Assembly: GCF_020745735.1 (NCBI RefSeq)
Contig: NC_083409.1
Location: 7,367,534 to 7,431,533, forward strand
DNA length: 64,000 nt
Direction of reading: 5' to 3'
From: Hemiscyllium ocellatum
Taxonomy: Eukaryota
Part shown: one piece after another, positions 63,326-64,000 of the stretch
How the letters are laid out: each line of letters begins with the position of its first letter
Position numbering within the stretch: position 1 is the first letter of the stretch
Notes under the pieces: model-generated
Told to the model about the DNA's origin: nothing
Seen by the model: the letters and a program-made list of their open reading frames with translations, nothing else
Database searches by the model: none
Translations under genes and position numbers: made by a program

Positions 63326-63789
63326 TCAGCTTGCGTTTGTTGATGATGCTGTGAGCTGCTGTCCTCCCTCTGTCCTTACCAAACTGTATCCCTCATGATT
63401 TCCATCCTCCAGAGTCACCTGTTCAGTGGTGTGGGGAGGCCAGCAGAGACTGACAGCAACAGAATGCTCAGCAAGGCTGACAGTATCTGTTGGCAAAAAT
63501 AAAAGGACTCTTCCTCAGAGCTCGTGTCAGTGGGATATTACATCACTTTAAGCTGGACAGAGACTGCCAGACTCGCTCCACACTGATACACTCAGATAGG
63601 CACACACTGATACAGACACATAGAGACACTCATTAATATACAGAGACTAGTAAAGACATGGAATGCCTGTCAATATATCTCTTCCTCCGTAGTAACCTTG
63701 TCAATATTTCACTTAATCTGGCTGGTATGTGCGACAGGGTTTAAGCATGTCCTTATGGAGTGTGTTAGTATTGCACTTGCTCACAATAT

Positions 63790-64000
63790 TGAATGAGTCA
63801 GTATTTATGTGTGGAGTGTGACTGTAGGATAATTTCAATGTTTGCAAATACCAAACTTGGACGAATTATAAAGTGTGTGGAGGATAGTGTGGAACTCCAA
63901 CAGGGCAGTGACACGTTGGTGTAGTTTTCAGATTTATGGCAGACCAGGATCATTGAAGAGAAGGGTGAGGTGATGCACATTGGTAGGAATAGCTCTGAAA
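63790..64000 (+). mobile_element. CR1 RT fragment
   Basis: FANTKLG...EVMHIGRN (decayed FADDTKLG and CEVMHFGR motifs). Confidence 0.65.

Overview
Eukaryotic, repeat-dominated DNA from a cartilaginous fish (elasmobranch). This is inferred from HE1-type tRNA-derived SINEs, CR1/HER1-type LINEs, Penelope-like elements (PLEs) and a shark-type Ig light-chain constant exon. Most of the window is decayed retroelement sequence: CR1 LINE pieces on both strands, a second older CR1/L2-like LINE family, at least three PLE families, a Gypsy pol remnant, SINEs, and micro/minisatellites. The only host-gene sequence I can support is (1) an Ig kappa-type (shark type III/NS4-like) constant exon at 29210-29537 (+), with a 1-nt frameshift near its end, a PLE inserted about 100 bp into its 3' UTR, and no V, J or RSS that I could find by eye, and (2) a decayed C2H2 zinc-finger gene at about 3600-4188 (-). 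The most notable non-coding signals are minimal hammerhead-ribozyme motifs in the PLE termini (a known PLE feature; several copies keep an intact core) and a duplicated NF-kB/E-box motif cluster about 18 kb downstream of the constant exon. Most ORF-track entries are repeat fragments, antisense shadows or microsatellite artefacts. I found no convincing wholly new system. Family assignments come from recognising motifs by eye, not from database searches, and repeat boundaries are approximate.
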